IMG/VR virus record: IMGVR_UViG_3300005529_000003
Coordinates: 30,831 to 94,830 of that record
DNA from: a virus
Length of the DNA: 64,000 nucleotides
Reading direction: 5' to 3' (one strand)
The position numbers were made by a program, and so were the translations under genes. Numbering within the stretch: position 1 is the first letter of the stretch; every line of letters starts with the position of its first letter. Under the pieces are notes generated by a model. That model was not told where the DNA came from, searched no databases, and saw nothing but the letters and a program-made list of their open reading frames with translations. Positions 36,401 to 45,427 of the stretch are shown in pieces.

Positions 36401-37368
36401 TGCTGTCTTTCAAGAAGGCACTCAACCTCGCGTTCACTGCGGCATCTGCTTCTTCGCCCGACGCAATGGCGACTTTCTCGAATTCTTTCAAGCTTTTGAT
36501 GGCGCAGTTTGGGCAGTTCCTTCAGCCTGCTCTTTTGAAGGTATCGAAGTGGCTCCAAGATACAGTTCAAAATGACCAACTTGAGGACAAGTTCCACAGC
36601 CCTAAAGTCGTTAAGTCTCTTCAGGAACTAGGACAAGTTCGACTTCTTCAAGCTACTCAATCTGAGGGCTCAGATGTCTATAAATCACAAAAGAAGTTCC
36701 TGGACATTGCCGCTCATCAGAATCAAGACAAGCTACCTACTATCATCAAGTACGTTCAACAACAAGCAGAGTTTACTGCAAGTAAACATGAATGGGCCAA
36801 GAACAAGGTTGAGGAACTGTCGTCTCTTGTGGAAACGGCCGACGTTTTTCAAAATCAAGTAGAAAAAAGTAAGGGCATCTTTCACTGGCTGAATCCACTT
36901 CCGGGCGGTGTTGACATCGCCAACAAGACAGTCACGAATGAAGATCGAGAAAAGCTTGCGGAAGCAAAAGAATTGCTGCTCAAGTTTGAGGGGCAACTAC
37001 TTGCCTTTCAAGACTTTGCTGATGGGTTGAACAAGAAGTTTGATATTCCTCAGCTTGTGCTTCCTAATTTCCGTAAGGGGATCAAAGAGAGCGCCGGCGA
37101 ACAGATAGAAAAGAATCCCTATCAGCTTGGGCTTCTGCACTCCTACGCCTCCCACACCCAGCCCGCCTTCATGGGTGTCGAGGAAATGTACAAGAACGTC
37201 CAACTCAAAGCCTTGCAGAACGATCCTCTCCAGATGGAGATCAAGAACATCCAGCTCAAACAGCTCGAGGCGATGTGCAAGGGAAATCTCTACCTCGAGA
37301 AGCTTGCCAAAGACGCGGGCATTGAATTCACTACTCCCCCTGCCAAGGTCGTCGGCGGCGGTCGTTAA
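33409..37368 (+). CDS. Tape-measure-position protein, atypical (long hydrophilic low-complexity centre)
   Basis: Longest ORF, directly after the chaperones; only the N-terminus and last ~350 aa look amphipathic and TMP-like. Confidence 0.7.
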   Translation: MSNQKDVASNPFDAVMKVMDEVVLVMKNLTASATAAAHTFDQAGEFASGITHRGMLIEHLLGHNRHERGVFDAMAGIPPRGEFSSYTGNFRQTNNSFSAATASPQSQRGSSWWGEGAGFNKPPAAWEGTGRAFPSAPMSTEAAAGPLVNRILQRALGQVDPALVTKWFSHLSGGAKMSGEDFSSLIEQLKEAKTTRTQSSKRVVKEGRSSSNESRESDSRSIKDYEQHERSKNTPVIEDRDDEDEDKPKKKKKPRSSFPREERKPASTTDRVKDNFEENRKEDRSKTTSLQQATTDSSVVSSVSPVSSVSPSVKELKQKFKMPEGPSDIQAAHAALREDEREQELRRRQSKSQAPGDYPTRPLTPVPVATSPSAPAPSPFLRNAAPSLSVESVLSGHQSENDLRSRLKMKPIPFENYVNRSLLRYNKVTGQREPVSKPVKELLEQHGGLAGLLQKAQELQKPAKLTPVEKQEDVHTETSGQTLAAEVNKTKKKPLPPLPSAKQAAYLDPSVAAQIEENKDKHEQLKQPAVPYQPSSPSLSPVVSDRPLTPWEQFLEEEAREAYEGKRSLHPLRYNQKKKKKKTPEEQEAERLTALKTEHHRQHTEEAGKKQKKAEFEQASQEFSLAQQQEEQRKNEEIEAERPKVSNEWTPADKPRNLSSLKPIEPVRYSSLSPHAHERMRAFGESDEQYSLRLEAEREAVEKKKSTEHSDVFSNKPVSDVHQDVHELTKTTQEKLNDSLSSWHNFEKEGQAFSPSSASGVSLNEAGAQEKSESSEFSKPQHETPGGRSSTTPADVITPGEEIADDLDLISGLICEAEKNLKAAIASLPKGVEYPEIVRPEEQPAVKRAHGFDGRDDRIGADFFPPGEGEKYGDSSKSVSDREGRRTDRGYTESDTHASRAYESSEKGKTTTKEKAFSENEIKALQQLHAQAEQHYDDRANQRSGNRVLAKEGQLDRDADNQKRKLNDGQQQHGFILSAVTGHLRNFGNELTNSITGLLSFKKALNLAFTAASASSPDAMATFSNSFKLLMAQFGQFLQPALLKVSKWLQDTVQNDQLEDKFHSPKVVKSLQELGQVRLLQATQSEGSDVYKSQKKFLDIAAHQNQDKLPTIIKYVQQQAEFTASKHEWAKNKVEELSSLVETADVFQNQVEKSKGIFHWLNPLPGGVDIANKTVTNEDREKLAEAKELLLKFEGQLLAFQDFADGLNKKFDIPQLVLPNFRKGIKESAGEQIEKNPYQLGLLHSYASHTQPAFMGVEEMYKNVQLKALQNDPLQMEIKNIQLKQLEAMCKGNLYLEKLAKDAGIEFTTPPAKVVGGGR

Positions 37369-37388
37369 CTCTCTTCTTTTAAGTTCTC

Positions 37389-38378
37389 ATGCCTCAGCAA
37401 ATTCTCAAGATTCTTCCGAACGGCGAGCAGTATGCCACTGTCTACGAGGAAGTCATTCGCGGCGTTCACTCCCCGGAGTACTCTCTTGTCGCTGGCGCTT
37501 CTCGCGTTAGACGCACCGTGGACGTTGCCTGGGACAATCGTACGGACGCCGTCCGCTGCTTCCTCGGCTTTCCTCGTGTGATGCCGTACGGGCCCTTGGC
37601 TACGAACCGTTACATCACGCGGGCACTACCTGATTACATGCGGGACTTCAAAAACAACCACGACGGCCCTTACCTGTGGGCAACACAGATCGAGAAGATC
37701 GAGGGCATTGGGCCGCTGGGTACTTACGACGTCACAGGAGTTGCGGAATACGAAAAAGCGAGGCTGACGGTCATCTATGAAGCTGTCTCACACGGAATTT
37801 TCGAAGATCGACATCCCAAAGTCGTTGGTGCTACTGGCTTTCCTGACGAGTCCAAGCTCTTCCGTTACGTCACCATCGCCTTCAAACCTTCAGCGGAGTT
37901 CATTACACTCCCTCGCGGTTATTACTTTTGGGTTGCAGAAGGGGGCGAACCTTCAGGTAACAAAATGGACTTTGGGGGTTCAAAGCTGTTGCCTTCTATT
38001 GAAATTCATTTCATCTGGCGGCAAGTTCCAGTAATCCCCACAGCAGCACAAACTCAGGTCGGTTGTGTAAATAACGCCCCCTTCACGATCTATTCCAATT
38101 CTGACGATTCGGCTCAGATAACATACGCTACCGGAACGCTGCTCTTACTTGGTGTCGATCTCAATCGTTACAAGCTCGCCAGCGGTGATGGCGTCTTCGA
38201 CATCACCTACCGGATGAAATACTTCGAACCGGAAGCAGGCAGAGGGCATAACTACTTCCTGCGGTATCTTTCAGCAACGAATCAACTTGCTTATCGTCGT
38301 TTGAACTCCAAGGCAGACGGCAACGAAAACAACGTCTTTGCAAGCAAAGACTTCTCTCTTCTCTTTCAGCCTTATTAA
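37389..38378 (+). CDS. Putative tail tip/hub protein
   Basis: Position after the TMP; aromatic beta-rich composition. Confidence 0.55.
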   Translation: MPQQILKILPNGEQYATVYEEVIRGVHSPEYSLVAGASRVRRTVDVAWDNRTDAVRCFLGFPRVMPYGPLATNRYITRALPDYMRDFKNNHDGPYLWATQIEKIEGIGPLGTYDVTGVAEYEKARLTVIYEAVSHGIFEDRHPKVVGATGFPDESKLFRYVTIAFKPSAEFITLPRGYYFWVAEGGEPSGNKMDFGGSKLLPSIEIHFIWRQVPVIPTAAQTQVGCVNNAPFTIYSNSDDSAQITYATGTLLLLGVDLNRYKLASGDGVFDITYRMKYFEPEAGRGHNYFLRYLSATNQLAYRRLNSKADGNENNVFASKDFSLLFQPY

Positions 38379-38386
38379 GCTTCCTA

Positions 38387-41209
38387 ATGCCTGACCGCGA
38401 GAACATGCCGCGATGGTGCGGCGGAGATTACATCTTCTCAGAAGACCTCAATGCCCTCTCTGAAGGCGTCGAGCGAGCTTCTCGTATCTCTGTCGGCCAG
38501 GGCATCGTTAGTAATTCCTTCGCCGGCAGCTACGAGAGCGATCGCGAAGTCATCTTCGTCAAGGCAACAGCTTACGAATCCTCGTCAGGTAAGTACGCCT
38601 TCAAGGAATACTCCTTTGCTGATGACGGGCTCTTCCAGGAGCGCGACGGGGGCGTATCGAGTTATAACGGAGACGCTTCTGACCCTTACGCCACGCCGCT
38701 TTATGAAGCGAACGGTAAGGTCTTCCCTGTTGACTCGATGGTGTGGGCGAAGCGGAGCGAGAACGGACAATACTACGTCTGCATTTACAACGATATCTCA
38801 GGCGGCGGTACACTCACTGGGCCTGTAACGTTCAGTGACCTTGTCACGTTCAATGGCTATCTTGTTGTAACTCCTGGCAGTACCCCCGGTTCGCCTGTCA
38901 ACGGCGAGGTGTGGACGACTTCCGGCGGCATCTTCGCCCGCATCAACGGCGTCACTTACAACATGCTGAACGCGGCATGGCCGACTATCACAACAGTGGA
39001 CGGCACGCCTTCTTATGCCTCCACCGGGACGGTCGCTTTCGACGAGGCGGACGGCTTCAGTCTGTCGCAGCCCTCGGCGAACGTGGTGCGTGTAGACTTA
39101 CTGGCGGCTTCGACGACGCAAACGGGCGTCATCACAACGGCGGCTCAGAACCTGGCCGGGGATAAAACACTCCTCGGTCTTTTCACTGTCTACGCTTCGG
39201 TTGGGAGCGTCGGCACTTATTTCATCCAGGAGAACTCGGGCAGCACCAACAAGGCGTATTTCACTTACGACACGACGGCGAAACAAGGGGCCGTCGGGAT
39301 CACGACGTCCACTCCAGACGTCGGAGTCGATATCTCCTTCATTTATACCGGGGGGGCGGCGAATGCGATCTGGTTCACGAATTACACTCACTCGACGGGG
39401 GCATACCCGCAACTAGGCATTCGTAAAGTAGAGGGACTCTCTTCGACGCTACTTCTGGGTGATGATGGCACCGATGCTCTCGGCAACGTCTTCACGAGTG
39501 GGCTCTGCACCACCGTCGGTCCCGGCACGTTAGGCACGTCGGCCCCACTAAACATCGACACCGACGGTACCCTCAGTGCAAATTCCAACACGCTGATCCC
39601 CACCCAGAACGCCGTCAAGACCTACGTCGATGCCGTCGCCACCGGGCTCGACTGGAAGGCGTCCGTCCGCGTTGCCACCACCGCCAACGGTACGCTGGCC
39701 ACGGCCTACGAGAACGGCGACACGATCGACGGCGTGACCCTGGCGACTGGCGATCGCATCCTGCTCAAGAACCAGACCAGCGGCGCGGAGAACGGAATCT
39801 ACGTCGTGGCTGCGTCCGGGGCACCAGCACGCGCCACCGACGCGAACACCTCGGCCGAGGTGACGTCGGGGCTGGCCTGCTTCGTCTCCGAGGGCTCGAC
39901 GAACGCGGGTTCGGCGTGGGTTCTCACCACGGCTGATCCCATCACCCTCGGCACGACGGCGCTCGTCTTCGCGCAGTTCAACGGAGGCAGCACCTACACG
40001 GCGGATGAATCCACGCTGCACCTGTCGGGGACGCAGTTCAGCGTGAAGACCAACGGCGTCGGCGACTCCCAGATCCGACAGTCGGCCGGCCTGTCTGTCG
40101 TTGGCCGCAGTGTCAACAGTACCGGCAACGTGGCCGACATCACGGCTGCCAACGACAACGAGGTCCTGCGCCGCAGCGGCACGGCGATTGGGTTCGGCAA
40201 GGCTTCTCACTCCGACTCGCTGAGTAGCCTCGGTTGGACCGTCAGCGGCCACACGGGGACGGCGGACACGCTGGCGGTGTTTGGCAGCTCCGGTCAGGCG
40301 TTGTCAATGGGGATTGGCGACTACACGACTGCCGTGCCGACAGCACTGGACTACTTCCTCTTCTACGACGTGTCTGCTGGCGGTCATCGCACCAACACGA
40401 TTGCCGGCATCCTGGCACTCGTGCCGGTGACTCGTGAGCTGCTGACGGCCAACCGTACCTACTACGTCCGCACGGATGGCAGCGACAGCCATGACGGGTC
40501 GGCCAACGATTCCTCCCACGCTTTTTTGACCATACAGAAGGCCATCGATGTAGCTGTGGCCCTGGACCTGTCCATCTACAGCGTCACCATCAGCGTAGCC
40601 GACGGGACGTACACTGGCTCCAACACCCTGAAGAGCTACGTCGGTGCCGGGCCGATCGCCATCGTGGGCAACACCACCACACCGGCCAACTGCGTCATCA
40701 GCGTCACGGGGGGAGACTGCTTTAGCGGCAACGGCGTGGTGGGACGCTACGAGATTCGCGGTTTCAAGCTAACGACAACGACTAGCGGCTTCGGCATCAA
40801 TGTCACGAACGACACGTTCATCAGCTCCCTGAAGAACATGAACTTCGGGGCGATGGCGACCAACTACTCGCAGATACTCTGCTCGTCGTACTCCGCCGTC
40901 GTGCTGACTGGCGATTACTCAATTACGGGCGGGGCCTACACGCATCTGAATGCTTCTGGCGGGTACATCATTTACTCCGGCTCGGCCACCGTCACCCTCA
41001 CGGGGACGCCGGCCTTCGCCTCGGCGTTCGCCCTGGCGGACCGCAAGGGGAAGGTCGAGACGTCTACCATCCCGACCTATTCGGGCTCTGCGACGGGGAC
41101 GCGGTACATTAGCCAGAACGTGTCGTTCATCTACACCGGCGGCAGCGGGGCCACCTTTTTCCCCGGCAATGCGGCCGGCAGCACAAGCAATGGCGGTGTT
41201 TACGCATGA
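38387..41209 (+). CDS. Tail fibre / receptor-binding protein (mosaic)
   Basis: VKTYVD...GLDWKASVRVATT...IDGV.L..GDRILLKNQ...ENGIY fibre motif; C-terminal RTYYVRTDGSD...AFLTIQKAID beta-helix-type start. Confidence 0.85.
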   Translation: MPDRENMPRWCGGDYIFSEDLNALSEGVERASRISVGQGIVSNSFAGSYESDREVIFVKATAYESSSGKYAFKEYSFADDGLFQERDGGVSSYNGDASDPYATPLYEANGKVFPVDSMVWAKRSENGQYYVCIYNDISGGGTLTGPVTFSDLVTFNGYLVVTPGSTPGSPVNGEVWTTSGGIFARINGVTYNMLNAAWPTITTVDGTPSYASTGTVAFDEADGFSLSQPSANVVRVDLLAASTTQTGVITTAAQNLAGDKTLLGLFTVYASVGSVGTYFIQENSGSTNKAYFTYDTTAKQGAVGITTSTPDVGVDISFIYTGGAANAIWFTNYTHSTGAYPQLGIRKVEGLSSTLLLGDDGTDALGNVFTSGLCTTVGPGTLGTSAPLNIDTDGTLSANSNTLIPTQNAVKTYVDAVATGLDWKASVRVATTANGTLATAYENGDTIDGVTLATGDRILLKNQTSGAENGIYVVAASGAPARATDANTSAEVTSGLACFVSEGSTNAGSAWVLTTADPITLGTTALVFAQFNGGSTYTADESTLHLSGTQFSVKTNGVGDSQIRQSAGLSVVGRSVNSTGNVADITAANDNEVLRRSGTAIGFGKASHSDSLSSLGWTVSGHTGTADTLAVFGSSGQALSMGIGDYTTAVPTALDYFLFYDVSAGGHRTNTIAGILALVPVTRELLTANRTYYVRTDGSDSHDGSANDSSHAFLTIQKAIDVAVALDLSIYSVTISVADGTYTGSNTLKSYVGAGPIAIVGNTTTPANCVISVTGGDCFSGNGVVGRYEIRGFKLTTTTSGFGINVTNDTFISSLKNMNFGAMATNYSQILCSSYSAVVLTGDYSITGGAYTHLNASGGYIIYSGSATVTLTGTPAFASAFALADRKGKVETSTIPTYSGSATGTRYISQNVSFIYTGGSGATFFPGNAAGSTSNGGVYA

Positions 41210-41442
41210 CCACTTACACGAGCGACGAATTCCTGAACCTGTGGAAGATCCCCCTCGACTGCCCGCACTGCCTGGGACGGGCGAGGCGGTTCGGGCTGCA
41301 CACCGTGGCACCATCCGAGGGGTACGCGATCTGCTTTTGTGGTGGGCTCATCGAGTTCCCTCCACTGCCACCCGGCGCGGGCGAGGTAATCGTGGATGAC
41401 ACGACGGGCAGGCGATACCTGACGAGGAAAAAGGCGTCATGA
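41206..41442 (+). CDS. Small Zn-finger-like protein
   Basis: CPHC...CFCG; ATGA overlap. Confidence 0.45.
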   Translation: MTTYTSDEFLNLWKIPLDCPHCLGRARRFGLHTVAPSEGYAICFCGGLIEFPPLPPGAGEVIVDDTTGRRYLTRKKAS

Positions 41443-41885
41443 TCACCTATAGCGAGGACCCGGCCGGCATCAACCTCTCCCGACTCCGCGCCCTCGTCGA
41501 GGCGAGGGGCGGCACGGTCGAGGTGTTCCGGGGGCGCAAGTTAGACGGCTCTCCTGGCGTGGCCCAACTCAACGTCAGTCTCCCCTTCGATGGGGACACC
41601 CCCGAGGCACGGACGGCCTTCAACGAGTGCGTGACCCAGGCCACGGGAATCAGTGACTCGAACGAAGCGGCGGCGAAGGTTTTGCGTGATCGCCTCTCCG
41701 CGAAGTCCGTCCTGGATGATCCAGGCCCCAACGGTAAACTGGCTCGCGCTGCTTTGATCGCCTTCTGCGACGACAACAAAATCAAGGACGCGAAAGACAA
41801 ACTCAAAGCCGGCAAGAACAAAGACGCCCTCGACTCGATCATCGCCGTCGTCAAGGCGGTCATCGACTCTGGCGATGTGGACTAA
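41439..41885 (+). CDS. Hypothetical protein (possible fibre chaperone)
   Basis: Coupled ORF after the fibre gene. Confidence 0.55.
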   Translation: MITYSEDPAGINLSRLRALVEARGGTVEVFRGRKLDGSPGVAQLNVSLPFDGDTPEARTAFNECVTQATGISDSNEAAAKVLRDRLSAKSVLDDPGPNGKLARAALIAFCDDNKIKDAKDKLKAGKNKDALDSIIAVVKAVIDSGDVD

Positions 41886-41890
41886 CCCTC

Positions 41891-42685
41891 ATGAACTCCG
41901 AACGCAACAAATTCTTACTTGTCCTCGCCCTTGCCGCAGCCGCCCTCTTTTACGTCGAACAACAGCAACAGAAGAACAAGTGTCCGGACGGCCGTTGTCC
42001 CCTTCCTCCGCCTTCTCCTGCTCCTTTCAACCCTTTTCCTCCATCACCTAAGCCTCCGACTCCACCGCCTCCTAAGCCGTGGGAGCCAGATGACTCCGAG
42101 GCCGGTCGGTCTACTCGCGGAGTCATTTTCGGTAATCCGGTAAAGGGGACAAAGACTTCTCCTGACGGCACTGTCGATTGTCTTGACTTACCGCAGTCCG
42201 AGAAAAAGCACAACGTCGGTGGTCGAGATGGGGCAGGGCTTTGCGTGTTTACATCCATCGAGTACTCTGCTCGATGGAGTAACGAGCGGCGGCTTTACGA
42301 GTTCCAGAATCAGATGAGGAAAGAACCTGGCGGCGGCCATCCAGAGAAGGTCGAAAAGATGATGGCGAAGTACGCCCCTGGTGTCGCCTACATCCAGGAC
42401 ACGACGGGTGACTATGAGTTGTTGAAGGCGGCAATCAAGTCGGGGCGGATGCCGTCTGTCACTTACAACGGCTACGATCCCCATTATCGAGGCCCCGTCG
42501 CTCACATGGTCAGTTGTGCGTGGGCGGACGACAGGTGGGCTTGTGTGACGGACAACAACTTCCCCCAGGACTCCGAACACATCTGGATGTCTCCCGCCGA
42601 TTTCGTGTCAAGATTCAAAGGTGGTGGCGGTGGCTGGAGTGTGATCCTCCTGAACCCTGGCCCCCCTCCTGTTCCAATTAACTAA
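41891..42685 (+). CDS. Signal-anchored papain/C39-like cysteine peptidase
   Basis: Hydrophobic N-terminus, Pro linker, GLCVFTS (Cys) ... AHMV (His) ... TDNN. Confidence 0.65.
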   Translation: MNSERNKFLLVLALAAAALFYVEQQQQKNKCPDGRCPLPPPSPAPFNPFPPSPKPPTPPPPKPWEPDDSEAGRSTRGVIFGNPVKGTKTSPDGTVDCLDLPQSEKKHNVGGRDGAGLCVFTSIEYSARWSNERRLYEFQNQMRKEPGGGHPEKVEKMMAKYAPGVAYIQDTTGDYELLKAAIKSGRMPSVTYNGYDPHYRGPVAHMVSCAWADDRWACVTDNNFPQDSEHIWMSPADFVSRFKGGGGGWSVILLNPGPPPVPIN

Positions 42686-42696
42686 AGAGACTTCTT

Positions 42697-43704
42697 GTGT
42701 TTCGAACTTCCTTTCTGTTCTTTCTTGCTGTTTTTCTTCTTCTCGTTCTTGTCGCGTTTCTTTCTGCCGCTGTTCATGATAGCAGTGACGAACAACAGGA
42801 GGTCATCGTCTCGCGAGCCTCGAGGGGTTCCCCCGACTACAGCCGGGCGAGCTGGGAGAGGCCGCAACCGTCTGACACGACTCCGCCCACTCACTACTGG
42901 CTCGTATGGAAGAACCTCGACGGGAGCAAGACGACGATCGGCAAGTATCATGCAGTCGGTCTGAAGGCCGGGCAGTTCTTCTACTTCGACGGTGAAAGGG
43001 GCTACGAAACACGACCTTCACCTCCGCCCATTCAACCGCCGCTTACTCCTCCTCCTCCTTCTCCTGTTCTTCCTCCTGTTCTTCCTCCTGTGGTCATTCC
43101 ACGCGAGAACTTCGGCGTTGACGTGGACCGGATTCACCGCTCTCCGGAGCAGATTACCGTTAGTCCCTCAACAGGGAGTAAAGACAAGAAGGAGATTGGT
43201 CGGCAGGAGGCCATCGAGATCATCACGAAAGGCTTACCGGAGGATCGCCAGAAGCTCCGTGTTACAGTCATCGGGAGCGAGTCCGCCTGCCAGCAAGTCG
43301 TCAATGATTTGAAGACATCGCCCGCCCTTCTGCCTTATTCGTCGAACGTCCTCATACAGGATTATCGCCCTGGTGAGTGGGCACTCAACTGCGGCTTTCT
43401 GGCGACTGTAGACCCCACCATTTACGTTCAGAAGCCTCCAGACCAGGCAGGGCGGGGGAAGGTCCTCCACCGCCAGGACGGCTACGATGGCCCAGAGAAG
43501 CTCGCTGTCGCTCTCAGGAAGGCTGACCCCTCTTATAACCCCGCCAATGATCCTGATCTGCGCCGGCCGAATTCGATCCTTCCGTCGTTCGACCTCTCCA
43601 ACGTCCCGCCGTGGGCCATCCTCGCTGGGGCCTTCGGTGGATATGCCCTCCTCACCCGATCACCTCCCCCTTCTCCTTCTCCGTCTCCTTCCGACAAAAA
43701 GTAA
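42697..43704 (+). CDS. Membrane protein (N- and C-terminal TM) with possible thioredoxin-like fold domain
   Basis: Two hydrophobic termini; LRVTVIG...PTIYVQ..GKVLHRQDGY; no CxxC. Confidence 0.55.
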   Translation: MFRTSFLFFLAVFLLLVLVAFLSAAVHDSSDEQQEVIVSRASRGSPDYSRASWERPQPSDTTPPTHYWLVWKNLDGSKTTIGKYHAVGLKAGQFFYFDGERGYETRPSPPPIQPPLTPPPPSPVLPPVLPPVVIPRENFGVDVDRIHRSPEQITVSPSTGSKDKKEIGRQEAIEIITKGLPEDRQKLRVTVIGSESACQQVVNDLKTSPALLPYSSNVLIQDYRPGEWALNCGFLATVDPTIYVQKPPDQAGRGKVLHRQDGYDGPEKLAVALRKADPSYNPANDPDLRRPNSILPSFDLSNVPPWAILAGAFGGYALLTRSPPPSPSPSPSDKK

Positions 43705-43708
43705 GAGC

Positions 43709-44308
43709 ATGAACTCGTCTTCGACCGAAACCATTCCTTCTCCTGATGTTGTTTCTACTACTCCTACTCCCTCTCCCATCACCACGGACTTGACCACAAT
43801 GGATACGAATTCGCTCATCCCCTACATCGTTGGCGCTATCATTGCCCTCCTCGCTCAGTGGCTCAGTCACGGCAAACTGCGAATCCCCTTCCCTACTCTT
43901 CCTTCTTCACCAACTCCGCCTTCGACTTCGCCTTCTCCTTCCTCTCAACCGCCTTCTTCTTCTTCTCCTCTTTCGGCGACGACTCCAGCGTCCCTCGCCT
44001 CGATGCCCCCTCTAACGCCTCAGCAGCACGCCGCTCTTCTGCCCCATCTCATTCCCCTGCTGACGAGCATTCTTGCGAACCACACAACTCCTCTGAGCCC
44101 TCCGCCTTCTGTCTCTCCTGTCTCTCCTGTTTCTCCTGTTTCTCCTGTCGTTACGACTCCTTCTTCGACCCCTGCGACTGATCCGGCGACTCTCGCGTCC
44201 TCCGTCTCTGCCTCCATGCCTATCCTCCTGGCCGCGATCTCTGCCGTCCTGCCAACTCTTGTCGAATACCTCCTTGGCAGGATCAAGACTGGGGAGATCA
44301 AGCCGTGA
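43709..44308 (+). CDS. Ser/Pro-rich membrane protein (holin candidate)
   Basis: Hydrophobic segments LIPYIVGAIIALLAQWL and ILLAAISAVLPTLVEYLL; 9-bp (SPV)n repeats. Confidence 0.5.
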   Translation: MNSSSTETIPSPDVVSTTPTPSPITTDLTTMDTNSLIPYIVGAIIALLAQWLSHGKLRIPFPTLPSSPTPPSTSPSPSSQPPSSSSPLSATTPASLASMPPLTPQQHAALLPHLIPLLTSILANHTTPLSPPPSVSPVSPVSPVSPVVTTPSSTPATDPATLASSVSASMPILLAAISAVLPTLVEYLLGRIKTGEIKP

Positions 44309-44661
44309 GCCAGATCACACCGGGCGGCTCCTTTGCCGCCATGACTTTTACGCCAAGGCAGCTCCTTGTCTACGGTCTCGCCCTCTTCGTCTTCCTTCAT
44401 TTCGCTGACAAGATCTTCTTCTCCTCCTCTTCCTCCTTACCGAATAGATCGCCAGCAGGGAAGATTCACTGCGAAGTTCGAGTGGTCTGTGACCCGTTCC
44501 AAAAGGAAGCTAGATTAGTGAAGATCAAGGACGGCGGGGCCGTCATCCTGCTATCCTTCCACACTCCCGAGGACGCTGCGAGTGCGGCCAAGGTCATCCT
44601 CGACGTCCTCCGGGATTACCCCCTGCCGCTGCCTCCGCCTTTACCGAGACCTTCCCCATGA
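44305..44661 (+). CDS. Single-TM hypothetical protein
   Basis: LLVYGLALFVFLHF; GTGA overlap. Confidence 0.55.
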   Translation: MSQITPGGSFAAMTFTPRQLLVYGLALFVFLHFADKIFFSSSSSLPNRSPAGKIHCEVRVVCDPFQKEARLVKIKDGGAVILLSFHTPEDAASAAKVILDVLRDYPLPLPPPLPRPSP

Positions 44662-45395
44662 CACGATTCTTCTCTCTCTTCTCCTTCTTCTGTTTTCTCT
44701 TTCCTCCTGCCTCACTCGACGCCTTTGCTGCCACGCTCAAGGAGGACGTGTTGCTGAATGTCGTTCACATCGACGCAGGCAAGTACTTGGGGTCCGGGAT
44801 CACAATTGTACACAACGGAGAGCTGCACGTTCTCACCGCAGCCCATGTCGTCTCTGACGTCATGAAGCTTAAATCCATCCGCTTCATCGACGCGAAGGGT
44901 GAGGTCTACTCCCGCGAGGAAAAAGTAACGCCACGCTACGTTGACTGTACCTGGAAGAACGACACCAAGCTTCGCTGTCAGGTTGTCTGGTACTCTGCGG
45001 ACTGGGAGGGAGGGGCCATCGACCTTGCTCTCTTAAAACCCGACGCAGCCGGGCTTAAACTGCTCAAGGACGCGGGCGTCAAGGGGGCAACACTCGCTGG
45101 GAAAGAAGACGCCGGGCTTGAGGAAGGAGAAGACGCCTGGTATTGCGGCTCGGGGGGCGGCATCAAGTGGGGACTCGAGAAGACGATCATTTCCCGCTTT
45201 GATGATCGTTACCTCGTCGTTAACGGCTGCGGTTGGTTTGGACACTCTGGAAGTGGCGTTTTCGTGAAACGTGGAGACTCCTTCAAACTCGTCGGCATCA
45301 TCAGTCAGTTCATTCAGCATCCGAACGAGAACTTCAAGTCGCCCATCGAGGCCGAACGCCAACTTCAGACGTTCCTCGACGGCGTACCGAAGTAA
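44658..45395 (+). CDS. Secreted trypsin-like (S1) serine protease
   Basis: Signal peptide; VLTAAHVV, IDLALL, GHSGSG catalytic triad motifs. Confidence 0.9.
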   Translation: MTRFFSLFSFFCFLFPPASLDAFAATLKEDVLLNVVHIDAGKYLGSGITIVHNGELHVLTAAHVVSDVMKLKSIRFIDAKGEVYSREEKVTPRYVDCTWKNDTKLRCQVVWYSADWEGGAIDLALLKPDAAGLKLLKDAGVKGATLAGKEDAGLEEGEDAWYCGSGGGIKWGLEKTIISRFDDRYLVVNGCGWFGHSGSGVFVKRGDSFKLVGIISQFIQHPNENFKSPIEAERQLQTFLDGVPK

Positions 45396-45427
45396 CGGTC
45401 GTTTAACAACCCGAAACACTTAACGCC

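Noticed and set aside
38387-41209. Diversity-generating retroelement target in the tail fibre
   Set aside because: No reverse transcriptase and no adenine-variant template/variable repeat pair were seen in the window.
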